A stretch of DNA of 63,518 nt, filler included, from Choristocarpus tenellus KU-1152 (lineage: Eukaryota; Protista; Phaeophyceae), in assembly GCA_964200185.2 (NCBI GenBank). It is 7 parts of 7 records of this genome, joined end to end, with 100 filler letters (N's around TTAATTAATTAA, not from the genome) between each part and the next. Parts side by side here need not be neighbours in the genome. Positions count along the whole stretch, not along the records: positions 10,353 to 28,445 come from CAXNAD020000578.1; 6 more parts are not named here. The stretch is one strand, 5' to 3'. The position numbers were made by a program, and so were the translations under genes. The stretch's first letter is position 1; each line of letters opens with the position of its first letter. The notes under the pieces are model-generated. The model made no database searches, was not told where the DNA came from, and worked only from the letters and a program-made list of their open reading frames with translations. Shown in pieces: positions 10,912 through 23,539 of the stretch.

Positions 10912-13900
10912 GTACTGCACCAACTGCACCCTGTACCTGGGTGTATATGGCTTCCAAGGTGGAAGCTACTCAGTGATGGCCTCCCAGGGTCTCACAAGAT
11001 TGCAGGAAGGAACGCCTCAGCAAGGGATTGTTCCGGAAGGGGGAAACCAGTACTACTCTTTTGTGAACCCCCCAGGGAGCTCAGCCACCGTGGAGGCAAG
11101 TACAAGCCTGAGGTTTTGTATTGCAGTTGTCTTTTGTGAGGAGAGAGGTACGTGATGAAACATTCACAGCAAGTAATTCAATCAATAAATAGATAGTGGT
11201 GTCGTGTGAAGAAACCTGCAACGAACCCTGATGTTAGCATAGGTGTAGAATTGTAATGAGATATGTTCACCATCACAACCTCACCAGCGGCAATGGGATG
11301 GATGGATGCATGGATGGATGGTAAGTCCGTAATCCCAGGCACATTCATCTGACATCTCCTGCAAGGCCAATACCTCTCCTTTCGCTCCCCTCTTTAACCG
11401 TCTAGTGGATGGGTATCGTATCTTAGTTGCAAGCCAGGGATTGGTCATTTCTTCTGTGACAAGTGGTGATCAGTAGTTAACTGATCATCCTCGAGGTCCC
11501 CTGGCTTGGGTTGCAAGTCCAGTGAGTCCTTTTTAAGCAACCCTCCTAGGAGCTACAAGTGGTCTAGACGGGTCGTCACATTTTCTTCTGTACTCAATTA
11601 TCTTGTGAATAGTTGACTTTTTGATATTAATTGCCTTGTATTGTCACACAATCTCTTGGTTCACTACAATGCCGCAAATATGTTTTGTAGTACGATGTCG
11701 TGCTTGTAATATTTGCTTAACTTGTTTGCAACACCTAGCCGCCCCTTCCTCACCTGTATAAACAGAATGGAATAATTTCTGAGTATCACAAAAAAAAATC
11801 TGTTATTTCAGTTAGGGTAACATGTGCTACTGGGACCGCTTAACAGATTTATCGCGTGTATCCTACCAGAAGTTCAAAAGTCTTTGTTTTTCAAGTTCAA
11901 ACACCAATACTTGTCATTTCATTGATACTGATACATCCTCAAGGGCACTGCTTGTCCCCCCCCACTTGCCGCTGGGTAGTCATTTGTATCGATTTGCTTT
12001 GAAGTACCAGAGATATCTGTTCATCAGCAAGGAATTATACTAAGATAGTAGCAGCTATTGCGAAACGTGAAGCAGTGTATATTTGTAGCTGCCGTAGTAT
12101 AAGAGGCCCCCACCTTTCATTCTACTTGTAGTAGTCTGATAATTGTAGGTATCGTCCTGGTACCATCAAAGAGGGAAGAGATAAGTCAGATCGCTATCAT
12201 GCTCTTGAGGGTGCAACAACGACCACACCTACCCAATCAGCTAAGGACGATTATTTAGTTGGAGGGTCCTATTAATCTATAATCACACATCACTATCTTG
12301 CCGGTGCAAAAACGTGCCAAGGACTCCATCCTACACAAGAAAGGAGTCCTTGGCACGTTTTTTAATGCTCCGCTCTGCTGCACAACAATTTCGAGCCTAC
12401 TGGTACAGGATCCTGTATGACACCTTGATTGATCCCCCGAACAGCAGTGCAGATCATACTAAACACGTTTAAATGCTTCAATTCTCCGATAGTATGGTAC
12501 AGGAAAATTCATGGTGACCACATGAGAGGAAATATGATTTGATTATAACGAGATAATACTTTGAGGTCATTTTTGGTGCCCAACCAAGTTGGTGTTGATT
12601 TTTCCTTTTTTGAATTTTACAGTTGCAACCGTTTTTGTGATGTTCACATCCCCTTTCCTATCACTCTCACGACCGAACATGCATACCACTTGCCTGCGCC
12701 TACCATTGTAACATCTATTTTTGTATTAAACCTTTGAGTAGAGGTTTGTTCCAGTACTCTGGATTGACTAGTCCCTACTGTAACTAAATATTGTTTTATT
12801 GGGCTACTGAGATATGCCACGTACACACCTGGAACCTAAGTTACCTTGTCCATACCATGTCTATACCAGGTTGTATGCACATTTTTATCAGGGAGGGAGT
12901 GGGTTGCTGTTGTTGATACTACGATTTTTAGTCATTCTTGCCCCCCTAACCTCTGCCAGTTTTTCTCCCTTCATATCCGTCTGCTCTGTACTACGGATAT
13001 CCCCTTCGGAGGTCCTTTTAGCCTCAATGCAAACTTTGAGCAATGGTTTTCCCCTACCCCCCAACACACTAATCATTAATGCTGCTGTGTAATCTATTGT
13101 CACTCTGTCTCTGTGGAAAGTAGATCAGTTTAACAGTGCTCACTGGAGACCCTGATCTGTATATCATAGGATCCTGGAGATTGTACGCTCCACTTCCAGG
13201 CTCAGCTGAGTATGATTGGGCTTGTGTCACTTCAGGTGTGGGGAATGATTTAATCTATTCCAAAGTACTCCTGATGCATGATTGTTTACAGCAGGGCGGA
13301 TAACAGGTCTTTGTGACACTGCAGCAAAGTCGTAATACTGGTGATCTCCTTGGAAAGAGTTCCGTCACTCCTTTCGGAAAATTATTTATTTGTAGGACTT
13401 GGACAGAGTGTGGTGGAAAAAGTATTGCGGAAACACTCTCCACCTTAATTGGCCATTCTCATCCTCTTTTTTGCTTTGTATTTCAAATATGTGATGACCT
13501 GACCTAATTCCATGCCTGTGAATGCATCGGCCTGTAGCTAAGGTGGTTCTCTTGACCTGAAAGTGGTAGCCCTTACTAGGGACTGAGAATTTTATCTCCG
13601 GACTGTGCATAACTGTGCTCGATTGGACATAGTGGTATCTCATCCGGTACATGCTTCTTTTGCAACCCTTGTGCTTGAAAATTTTGTCAGGAGATGAGAT
13701 GGTAGTAATACCCTCTTCGGACCCTCGGTACTGTGCTGGCTGTGAGTACCGCATTGGGGTCACTAGCTGGAAAAACTCAACATTCACCATTGCTGCCTCC
13801 CTGGACTCGAACAGGGGTGAGATAGGAAAATATAGGACGGAAAATTGAGTTGGATAGTCAAGCCAATTATTGGGAGTATGTCAGTGTTGATTGAAGATTA

Positions 13901-14494
13901 TGCGTTCAATTTTATTTTCCTTTAAGTATACAAGTGGGCAGTAATTACCCCAATGGTCCTTGTAGCTATTGAAGCAGATACTTCCAGAAAGTACGTGATA
14001 CCCATCATAGCCAACTGGTCACATTCGCTTGGGTTGTGATAGCAGCGACACTTCCAGTGTATCACCGAGTGTCCAACACTAATTTATTCCTCCATGACAC
14101 AACGTGACTTGCTTTTTATTGCTGCGTTTTCTTCCTGATTATATTTTGAGTTTCCAAGACGCTCCACTCCTTACACTACAGGTTTGACTCAAAACCACAT
14201 GACCAATTATCACCCTTCGTCAATTCCTTTTGTGCAATATGCGTTTATATCTCGTACTCCCTCACTGTCCACCTCCCTTCCAGTAATAGCACTTGTGCAC
14301 GGGCGACCTCAGACTGGATATGCTTCTGTCGGAAACATCCGATACTTCTCAGTGCAGTTGGCGACTGAAGCTGACACATTGAGACTCTCACTAACCTGCT
14401 CCACTGGACAGGCAGATATGTTTGTCGGTATCCTGGTCATGGAGGGTAACGGGTCTCATAAACTGATAGACCCAAAGGATCCAACCACGTACAG
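10912..14494 (+). CDS. Internal exons of a large beta-repeat (PPC/Ig-like) surface or secreted-type protein, partial
   Basis: Phase-compatible exons 10912-11095, 13124-13235, 13691-13816 and 14284-14494: YCTNCTLYLGVYGFQGGSYSVMASQGLTRLQEGTPQQG...YYSF...TVE|ISLTVLTGDPDLYI...|GDEMVVIPSSDPRYCAGCEYRIGV...FTIAAS...|VIALVHGRPQTGY...IRYFSV...LRLSLTCSTGQADMFV. About 110-aa internal repeat with YCxxC and GxxDL/MY/F motifs. First intron is GC-AG. Confidence 0.8.
12308..12362. repeat. Perfect 20-bp inverted repeat with 15-nt loop (intronic hairpin)
   Basis: AAAAACGTGCCAAGGACTCC-atcctacacaagaaa-GGAGTCCTTGGCACGTTTTT. Confidence 0.9.
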
Positions 14495-14956
14495 GTGTGA
14501 ATAATGATGGAGGATGGATAAGGAATTTCATGCACAATGTTTCAATATGCTTTGAGGTGTTGTCACGTAGAGACTTAGCACCAGTTTTCGCGGTTTAATT
14601 GCTAGCCTCTAGATATGTACTGCGTGTTTGGTGAATAAAGATGTAAAAAATTGCTTAAAGATCTTGGAGCCTTGAATCGTTGTGTGAAGACTGTACCACC
14701 AAACGTTCTGGGGAAAATTAAACCTATTAGGGAAATGAAGAGTAAGGTATTTACTAAGTAAATAGATCAGTCAAGGTACTATATATGGTAGATGCCTTGT
14801 ACATTATCGTCCTAGCTGTGGAGCGTACAATGATGTGAAGAGGGTGGAGGTTGGGTACAAAGTACGTATGACATGAAAAATGGACTATCAATCCATGATT
14901 TTATAGTTCTGGAAAGATGAAAAGGAAACGCGTTGATTATATCACCGCAATGGTTT

Positions 14957-15030
14957 GCTCTGGTGGTTTAGTTGGCTATAACGTGTGCCTCACACGCACA
15001 AGGTCCCGGGTTCGAGCCCCGGCTAGAGTA
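14957..15030 (+). tRNA. trnV-CAC: tRNA-Val (anticodon CAC)
   Basis: Cloverleaf: acceptor GCTCTGG/CTAGAGT, anticodon arm TGTGC-CTCACAC-GCACA, T arm CCGGG-TTCGAGC-CCCGG, discriminator A, downstream T-run. Confidence 0.93.
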
Positions 15031-17299
15031 TTCTTTTTTGCGCGAAGGTTGCATATGCAACCAATAACGCAACTTCAATGAAACAATCATTTTCGCCTGG
15101 ATCCAGAGTGAACATAATCCTGTTTAACAACTGCACGATTAATTATTTTATGTTCATCGCATTAGTTGGAAAGATCTCAGATCCGTGATCGAAAACTTCC
15201 TACCCCTGTTCTAGATCCTTCGCATACCTTAAAGAGCATGAAGATATGAAGTCTTAACTCTATTCAAAATAGGATTTGGACTTAAAAGTGGGATGTTGCA
15301 TGCACTTACCGAAATCCTATTCAAAGAATGACGTGAAACCTTGTTCATTTCTGCTCTTCCCCACCTAAGTCCGCAGATATTTACTGATAGAATTACGACC
15401 CGATTAGTCATACTCCTATAAAAAGAGTGTTGTAGATCACTCAAACCACCATGAAAGGATATCAAATGGAGTACTTCAGTATATGGCGCAAAGTCGCCCT
15501 CCGTCCTTCCTTGCTGAGATTTTGACCAATGAGACATTTCTCTCCACAGCTTGTATATGTGTTTTTCTCTCTCCTGAGTGGATATGGTAGACGAATTGTG
15601 GGGATGGAAGGAGGTCCTATCACAATTTTCCACAAGGAATCCAGTTTTCATCATCCCTCGTGCTCTTCCTCCTGCAGAAGAAGGTACTTTAAGAAAAATG
15701 TATACAATTATCCCAGTTCTCTACCCTATGTGTATAATCTGGGTTAACCTAACCACCTGCTCCAAATCATGTTAGTCTAAGTAGTACATTACTCGATATT
15801 GACCTACAAATTACTCATAGCAGGAGAAGTCGGGTATTAATACAAATGAGCGGTGTTCCTAATCCTGAGTGAATTGGATTACAAATTTCTTAGACATTGT
15901 CAAGACTAGAGACGCTCTTGTGGTCGAATTGGTGACAACTTCCTCTTCGCATGCTCTCCACCCCGAGGTTCAACCGTTTATATTATCCATTTTTTGGACA
16001 AAGACTGACACCACCACAAGATCTGGTTAGAAAATTGAACCTACCACCACACAAAAAAACATTTTGGGTAAATCCCTGTATTTAAGTCACTTAACCATTA
16101 TTCATCACTTCAGCATGGGAACTATGCCAACCAGTGATCAGAGGCACAACCTACTTCCACTAGCTGTTGCGCTGCAACTGTTTGCATTGGCTCCATTCAT
16201 CCCTTTATCTTCGCACATTGGATTCAGTCACCACACCGCTTACTGCTCTCCTCCCTCAAATCTCGTGCTGGACCTACCTTGGGATGGTTTGATAAATTAA
16301 GCCATGTCACCTCGTTCCGGGTTCCCTTAGTCTTTTTTATGTATGGAGGCAGATAGGATTGTGTAGGCGTACAATTTATAGTGCTTGCCCCATGAAGTTT
16401 GGATAATCAAAACCATAATTCCCTAAGAAACACATCTGGGGTCAAGTGAGTTTGAACCTGCTCGTAGAGCGCAGGGGAATCTTGTCCATTGACCACTATC
16501 TTATAGAGGTGACCTTGTGGCGTGTAGAATATAAGGTATGGGAGGGAGGAAGACTGTGGCACGGACCACAGATTCGCCAGCTTCTTAAATGTGTGGGAAA
16601 TGGGTGTCGGTGCAGTTTCCTTGAGTACATCGCCCCTGCGTGAGTAAGCATAGGTAGTAGCAATTGGGGGAGATATGTACATCGTTGACTGTGGAACAGG
16701 TTTTCCCATGACACAAGAAGCAAGGTAAGTGGAGAGGTCATTTAAGGAGAGTGAGAAAGAGGAACCTCAACGGAGAAAGGGGAATATCTTAGTCACCATT
16801 GAGCATGGAGGAAGAGACATGAGAAACGGACCCTACCCACTTGAGAACTCGGGACAAGGAGGTTGCGTAACCAACTGGAATGTTTTGCGGTGATAGGGAA
16901 TGATGCAAATGGGATAGAACAAGCGGATACCCTGCTGCTACAAGCTGTGCTTATCCAATGTGATGTGAACGGAGTTCAGGAAATGAGGCGAGGTGGACAG
17001 CACAAAATCAATTGTGTAGTCGATGCGGCAGTATCCACCCCCCTTAGGTCTATCCCCTTTGTCTCTTGGTGGAAACTGAAAGTTGTGTTGATGAGGGCAA
17101 CTTTATCGTGACTGTAGGATCCAAGTACCAAGCTGTCCCTATCCCCTTCCCGTTCAACTCTATTTCCTGTGTGAGTGCTTGCTTACATGAAGATCAACAT
17201 TTTGTCCTTAGAGGAAACACGCTAGATTAATACTGCTTTCTGAAATATATATTTTTAACATTCTACCGAAACTTTCTGGCAGATTTCCGGTATGATTAA

Positions 17300-17575
17300 T
17301 TGGAATGTTGAAACCGACGTGAAAAGGTTCAAGCGGATATTGAAGTACCAATAGAGTGCTCGGAAACTGTCCGCCGACTTCATTGACATATACCTGACAA
17401 TGTTAGGAAATGGAAGTCTTCTTTTCTACTTCAAAGAAAATGAAACCTGCGTGGCACACGATAGGGAAGTTTGAGAAGTGTGAGTTGGGAGAGGAACACA
17501 TGAAGGAGCAGTGCGTGGAGTGGATTTGTACCAATGCCATAGCGAGGGAAGGAGAAGGCATTGCCTTTGGTGGGG
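17300..17575 (+). pseudogene. Fragment of transposase N-terminus related to the 3159-3392 fragment
   Basis: PDNVRKWKSSFL...TIGKFEKCELGEEHMKEQCVEWICTNA parallels PETVSKWERDFL...DLGRYERRFVLDLDEDILAEVKEWVREH; frameshifted. Confidence 0.4.
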
Positions 17576-17582
17576 GGGGGGT

Positions 17583-17675
17583 GAGTGAAAGTATCTTGGA
17601 GGGTACGAGTTTTGCCCTGTTTGTCCATTTGGGGCTTGGCTTGCCACGGCTCTACCCTCTAAGATACTTTGACTT
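17583..17675. mobile_element. MITE family A copy 4, internally deleted (93 bp)
   Basis: Both TIRs retained; TSD GGGT. Confidence 0.9.
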
Positions 17676-19699
17676 GGGTAGTATTTCTACGGCCAAGATC
17701 TGTTTTATGGTCTACGCATCAAATGTATACCTAATAAGGGTGGCAAGATAGTGTATGATGTCTACAGTACTGTGCTGGGGTGGCTTAATAACATTTTGTC
17801 CAGCTTGATACACACAAATCTCTCTACTTGAAACAGAGACAACCATAAGGACGCCCTTTAGTATGGGCGCAGTATTGGCCTCTCCCAGTACCAGGATCTT
17901 ACCGAAACCATGGGTCAGCAGGTATGGGTAATATGCGAGGTTACAGCATGGGGTGTTGGTGACAAGGAGGTCAATGAGGTTCAGGCTGACAAGTCAGGTT
18001 TGGCTAAGTTTAAGCCAGCACTTTGAGGGGACCTTGGCTGAGTTTCCACCAGTGAGTGGCAGTCAGTCTTCAGCGACATGTCTGAGGGGAGGGAAGTGAG
18101 CACTGCTCTTCTCTCAGAATGAATGCATCTTTGAAGACAAGCTATAGTTTTATAATAGTTTGAAAGCCACACTAGCTGAAAGGGGTATATATGTTTTGGC
18201 CCTATAAAGCTTGAAATACGTATCACGAAAGGCAGTCACAGGGCCATATAAAATCCGTCAATACCAGTTAATATGAATCTGAGCATTCATTTCGTTTGAT
18301 AGTCTCTTGCGTAATATATGCTTTGAAGTAATACATTACTTATGCAGCTTTTCCTTGGCTCTTTTACACCCTTTGCTTTTTGTTAGCATACCATGCCCAA
18401 AATTATGCCTGAAGCTGGTCAGCAATTGTGAATTTGAAGAGCAAATCCGAAGACTCAGGTACAATGGTTTCTGGGACTGTGAGAAGAGAAGACTTCCTGT
18501 GTGTGACGAAGGATGAGGATCATAAAAGCCCGTGAAAGTTGGAAGTAATGCTGTACTGCAGCAAAGTCAAACCAATCAAGAGGTAGGCAGAGTTGTACTT
18601 TGAGGGTCCCAAGAAAGGGAAAAATGGTGCCATTCTGTACAATTACATAAAGAGCTTTTGCTTAATTGTGGTGTCAACGTGGAAAGGGGAATATCAATTT
18701 TGCATACACAATTTTGCACATATAGCAATAGAAATTGAGTGTTGTGTGGGGTAAGAAAGATTGCTTAGAATGCAAAAGGGTTCAAAATTGCGTACCTCCC
18801 GATTGATTTGACTCAACACCCACAATCACCAAGGAGACTATGCATTTCAAAGTAGACCGGCACATAGATAGGGCTGGCATGGACTCTGATGAACTTGACA
18901 TGGACATATCACCTGTCGGAGTATGGAAAGAATCATGAAGGGTACTGAAATGCATCTAGAAGAGGGTGCAGCAACGTTTTCCAAGACATTGGAATAGGCA
19001 GTGAGAGGAGTAAAGGGTTGAAACTGTCCCCATTGAATTACACGAACTTGCTGGTAGATACACCTTTGTTAAAGGCTGGAATTATGCAAACTCTTGCTTT
19101 CGCTGAGGGTAAGACCCGTCAATCATTATTGTCCACATGTCAAAGGAGGATTACGTGGGTCAAGTGGAGGGTATGAAACGAGTACTGAAAGAGAAAGAGC
19201 GGATTAAAGTACAAATAATTAAGAATGGAGATAAGAGCAGGGACAAGAACATATCGATGACTCGTGTCCTTGAAGAACAGCTGGACCTTAAGGTGGTAGG
19301 GACTGGTTGCAAGCCTGGGAGGGCGCTGCCTCGTGCTTCAAAAGTATCATTGCGACCTCAATCTCATAGAAGTAGGGCAGCGGGGAGAACAATGCTTGCA
19401 AAGAAATTGCCCAGACATGTTGCCAGAAATGAGGAGGATCATTAATGTTTCTTGAGGTTGAAGGGGGACTCAAGAGGTAGATAGTACAGCAAACGTTAGG
19501 AAGGCTCAGACCTACTACCTCCTTTACAACAGCCAGGAAGCTGTCACCGTTGACTCGAAATATAGGAAGCATCATTCTCACCACAGGACCTGTCCTTCAG
19601 AGTACATAGTCTAGGTAACAGCATAGAATACCAAAATGGTTATAACATAGAAATTATAATCTTGCGAAGGGAATATTACAATGCAGCCACTTTGGTGAT

Positions 19700-21450
19700 G
19701 AAATTTGTTATCTACCAAGACTTACAGTATGGCAAAGCTCCCCAGGGGTGGACGGATGGGTGTTCAAGTTTTTATTTATTTATTATGAATTTTCTCGTTG
19801 ACCGAAGGAACTGCCAACAACAATATCAACACCTTCAAAAGTTGCTCACTCCCCACACGTGCAACTGACCCCGCCTACAGGGGTCCCCATTTTCGCACTG
19901 TGGTCTTGTAGGTCATTTTTATAATCAGTGCATTCTCGTTTGTAAAATTCAATGCAGCATGGGAGGAAATTTGTGGTGGTTGGACTGAAGTTTCATAAGC
20001 TGTACCTGATGGGATGTCCACGTCACATGACCATGAAACAGAACTTGAAGTACTCCAGCCTTGAGCATTTAAATCTCCAGCTCATGAAGTACATCTGAGG
20101 TCCTGTCATAGAGCACTTGATTGTACTTGCAGAAACAACTCCAGGATTTTTTAATGTGTCGACTGATCTCGACAGTGTTATCAGCTTCATTGCTGATGGT
20201 GCCTCGAAAGTAAGAAGCTTGTTAGTCTGTTTGTAGTACGTGCTAGGCTCCCGATTTTGTACCTGTGGGCTTAGTGGAATGTCAAAGGTACATGATCTCC
20301 ACTCCAAATCAGACATAGTCAGCTTGAATGACCCGGCTTCCTTCCCTATCAAAATTATCATCCTAGCCAAACCTCCTTTAGTCTTAGACACGATGCCCAC
20401 ATTGTCAGCACAATACAGCGCACCTCACAGAGATCACACAAGTATTACCCCTATCCTTGTTGTTGTTCCTCCCCTGACTTGGTTATTTGATGAGGCAGTT
20501 CTCTTGATAACAATTTTGGAGATGACCGGGTCAGACATTAACTCATTCACTGCTATGCTTAGAACTGCAGTGCAGAAGACGGTGAGCAGGATAGGGGAAA
20601 TAACGCACCCTTGTTGAAGGCCTTTTCGACCTCAAACCAATCCGTGAGTGAAAGTATATTAGAGGGTACGAGTTTTGCCCTGTTTATCCGTTTGGAGCTT
20701 GGCTTGCCACGTTTTTTTTAATGTAATTTTCCTACTCCAAACTGTTCTGGAGATAGCAAAATGTATACGTTCTGAAAAGGTGTGTCGGGACTAAAGACAT
20801 CGACATTTCCTAACAAACATGATAGTCTGAATAAGATCAAAATCGCAACATTGGATTTTGTCCCCCAAACGGACGCGACTACCCTCTAAGGTACTTTGAC
20901 TTCTAACACTCTTCATCATTCAAACAGATGTATTCCTGAGTTCCTTCATGGTTTTGGTGGATGACCGGTATCATCTTCTCAGGTACTCAAACCTGTCAAG
21001 CGCAGCCCATAGCAGATCGCAGCTAGCAGGCATTAGTATTCTGTGGGGTAGTAAAACACATGAATCGAGGTACGAGCTTTTTGCAACTGATCTTTCAAAG
21101 GACACATAGGCTGGGTATACATATGTCCACTGTAGAGCATCTTTCAGCAACCACACTCGCAATTTCAGACCTCAAATTTTACTGAACATTGGAGCTTGAT
21201 TGTTGAGAAGATACGCCTCTTTCCACCATGGTGCATCTTACAATTGGGAGAAAGTCGACCAAGAAGACTTACATCAATACGATAGAGCGATGCAATTCCC
21301 TTGATAAGACTGAATGCACCCTCATATTGCATATGACACAGCGATTCACCTGATGTATGTAAACGTTTTTGAGACGAAGATACCCCATCTCCCCTCAATT
21401 GAACTTCAAAACGCTCCCAGCAGGTTACTTTGATGGGATATGTAGTTCCA
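19700..21450 (-). mobile_element. Degenerate non-LTR retrotransposon (RTE-like LINE) reverse transcriptase
   Basis: Minus-strand fragments CDLLWAALDRF, DWFEVEK/LQQGCVISPILL, LYCADNVGIVSKT and a decayed C-terminal region similar to 39640-40194; many stops; MITE at 20646. Confidence 0.75.
20646..20902. mobile_element. MITE family A copy 5, inside LINE
   Basis: Full-length match; TSD decayed. Confidence 0.9.
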
Positions 21451-22763
21451 ATCCACGAGCCTGTAGCAGATGGCGAGGCCTAATGAGAATACCTCGCAAT
21501 TTGTAAATATCTGGAAACCAACAAAAATGGATGGCTATCACAGTTGGACTAAGGAATAATTATTATCAATTTTAGTGCATGACTGAAGACCAACTACAAT
21601 TGAGCCACAACGAGAACATTTATTGTGATAAGAAAATTCGAGTTTTCAGAAGCCAAAATACAACTGAAAACTACTGAAGGATCCTCAAGTTACACATTTC
21701 ACATTTTAGGTATGGTGACTGGAACTTTCCCTTTTGGGCCGTCTGAGTGCATACTTGCTGCTTGCGCTGATTAGAGGGAACGCTAGAGGGTTAGCAGGAA
21801 GCAATACATACGTTGATCGCCTCTCACAGCTGCCAAGTACATGTGGGACCCTTTTCCCTTGGGTGTACTGAAGAGGGTTTTGACAAGTGCAAATCGGCTA
21901 ATCTCTGCAAATGCCAACACTCACAACTTTGTTATTTAATGCATCGCAACCGCATGCCCTAAGAATACTGGTGTCGTGATTCCCCTCTCCCTTTGCTTCC
22001 CTTCTAATGCGGGTGGTCGTCTTCATCTTTTTTTTTTTCCTTGGCAGGGTCCTGCGGCACGGTAGTGTAGGTTCTCCGATAATAGGTAATTGTCTTATCT
22101 CTAAAGCTTTTCTGTGGGGACAAATCCCGCAACAATGTAAACTTTGTTAAACTGACTACCATCAGTAACCAGAACTTTATCACTCACTCACCAAGACGCT
22201 CTACTTCATGGTCGGCCTGCTTTAGGATTGACTCCACTGCTGCCAAGCTCACTCCATAGTTACTGCTGTTGTCCTCCCCTCGACTAAGAAATACGCTGTA
22301 ATTGAGATCAGAAAGACCAAGGCCAGAAATTTAACCTTGACTTGTCTCTTGAAGTACAATCTAACCATATCCACAACCCCAAGCCCATTGCATGACCCAC
22401 CCTGTTCATCCCAACAACATACATATGATGAAATAATTAAAACTGTATCACCAAGGTCTAGAGTAATGGTGATCCTTCTGTATATGTAAGTGCATCAGTC
22501 TTCATATTTTGGTGCATATGTGATGGATGCCTTCTCAATGTGTTTGTCAATGTTGATGGGTTGGGGGTTCTGATCTAAGTAGCTCATTACCCAGTATCAA
22601 GCTACAAGTACGTATATCATAGCAAGTACAATGTCAATCTATGATTTTCATAAAGTTAATGCAAAAGTATAAATGTATGGTCGGAAATTCAACTAATTAT
22701 GTGTTTTATCATTTTGTGGCGATATCAGATGAGGAAGTATTACACACACTAACATCAATAGAT

Positions 22764-22837
22764 GCTCTGGTGGTTTAGTTGGCTATAACGTGTGCCTCAC
22801 ACGCACAAGGTCCCGGGTTCGAGCCCCGGCTAGAGTA
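22764..22837 (+). tRNA. trnV-CAC: tRNA-Val (anticodon CAC), identical to 14957-15030
   Basis: Same 74-nt cloverleaf; TTTTT shortly downstream. Confidence 0.93.
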
Positions 22838-23180
22838 ATAATTTTTCGTTGAAGTCACATTGGCTTCACCTATCGAATGTATCTATTTCAACGTGGATGA
22901 TGCAACGTAACGTATCACCCAGATCTCGATATTTGCGAGTAAAGTTCACAGTTATCAGGTGTTACAATGTATTTTTTGAGCTTTTGATGTGGGTATAATA
23001 GAGCATCTATGTGAAGATGTGAGGGTGGTGTGGTGGCGGGGTTTTCTATCCAAGTCGCTCATTGCTCAGTAATAAATCAACGAAATAATATCACAAATTA
23101 AGAAGTGGATAACCAATTCTCGATGTTCGTACACTGGGCGAGATATAATATTGCGAAGAATTAAATAGAAGGGTTTCACC

Positions 23181-23250
23181 GCTGCGATGGTTGGGTGGAC
23201 CGTAACGTGAGCCTCATACAGGGCCCCAGGTTCGAACCCTGGCAAGAACA
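23181..23250 (+). pseudogene. Decayed tRNA-Val-like pseudogene
   Basis: TAACGTGAGCCTCATACA versus TAACGTGTGCCTCACACG; intact T arm CCAGG-TTCGAAC-CCTGG; acceptor and anticodon stems broken; preceded by the same upstream cassette. Confidence 0.6.
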
Positions 23251-23539
23251 CTGCTAGACTTTTTGGTCGAAGTCTTCGCCACCAATCACAACAAATGTCG
23301 CACGTATAGCGAGAAAAAGTACTGTACCAATCTGAGAGTATGTGTGTGATCCCGGCATGTGTAAGTAACTAAATGTGGAACTGCTACTCTCTCTGGTTGA
23401 TAGTTGGGTAGCATAAATAAGCAATAAAGTGATGGTCGGGGTAGTATGCCACACCCTTGGTCAATCAAGGCGTAGAAAAATAGGATATACTTGTTGACAT
23501 TTTCAGATTGCTTACATAAAATTTGTTGCAAAACAAATA

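Noticed and set aside
15130-19600. Further exons or genes among ORFs 15229-15654, 16407-16709, 16863-17111 and 19137-19445
   Set aside because: No phase-compatible splice chain or clear motif; probably heavily decayed retroelement fragments.
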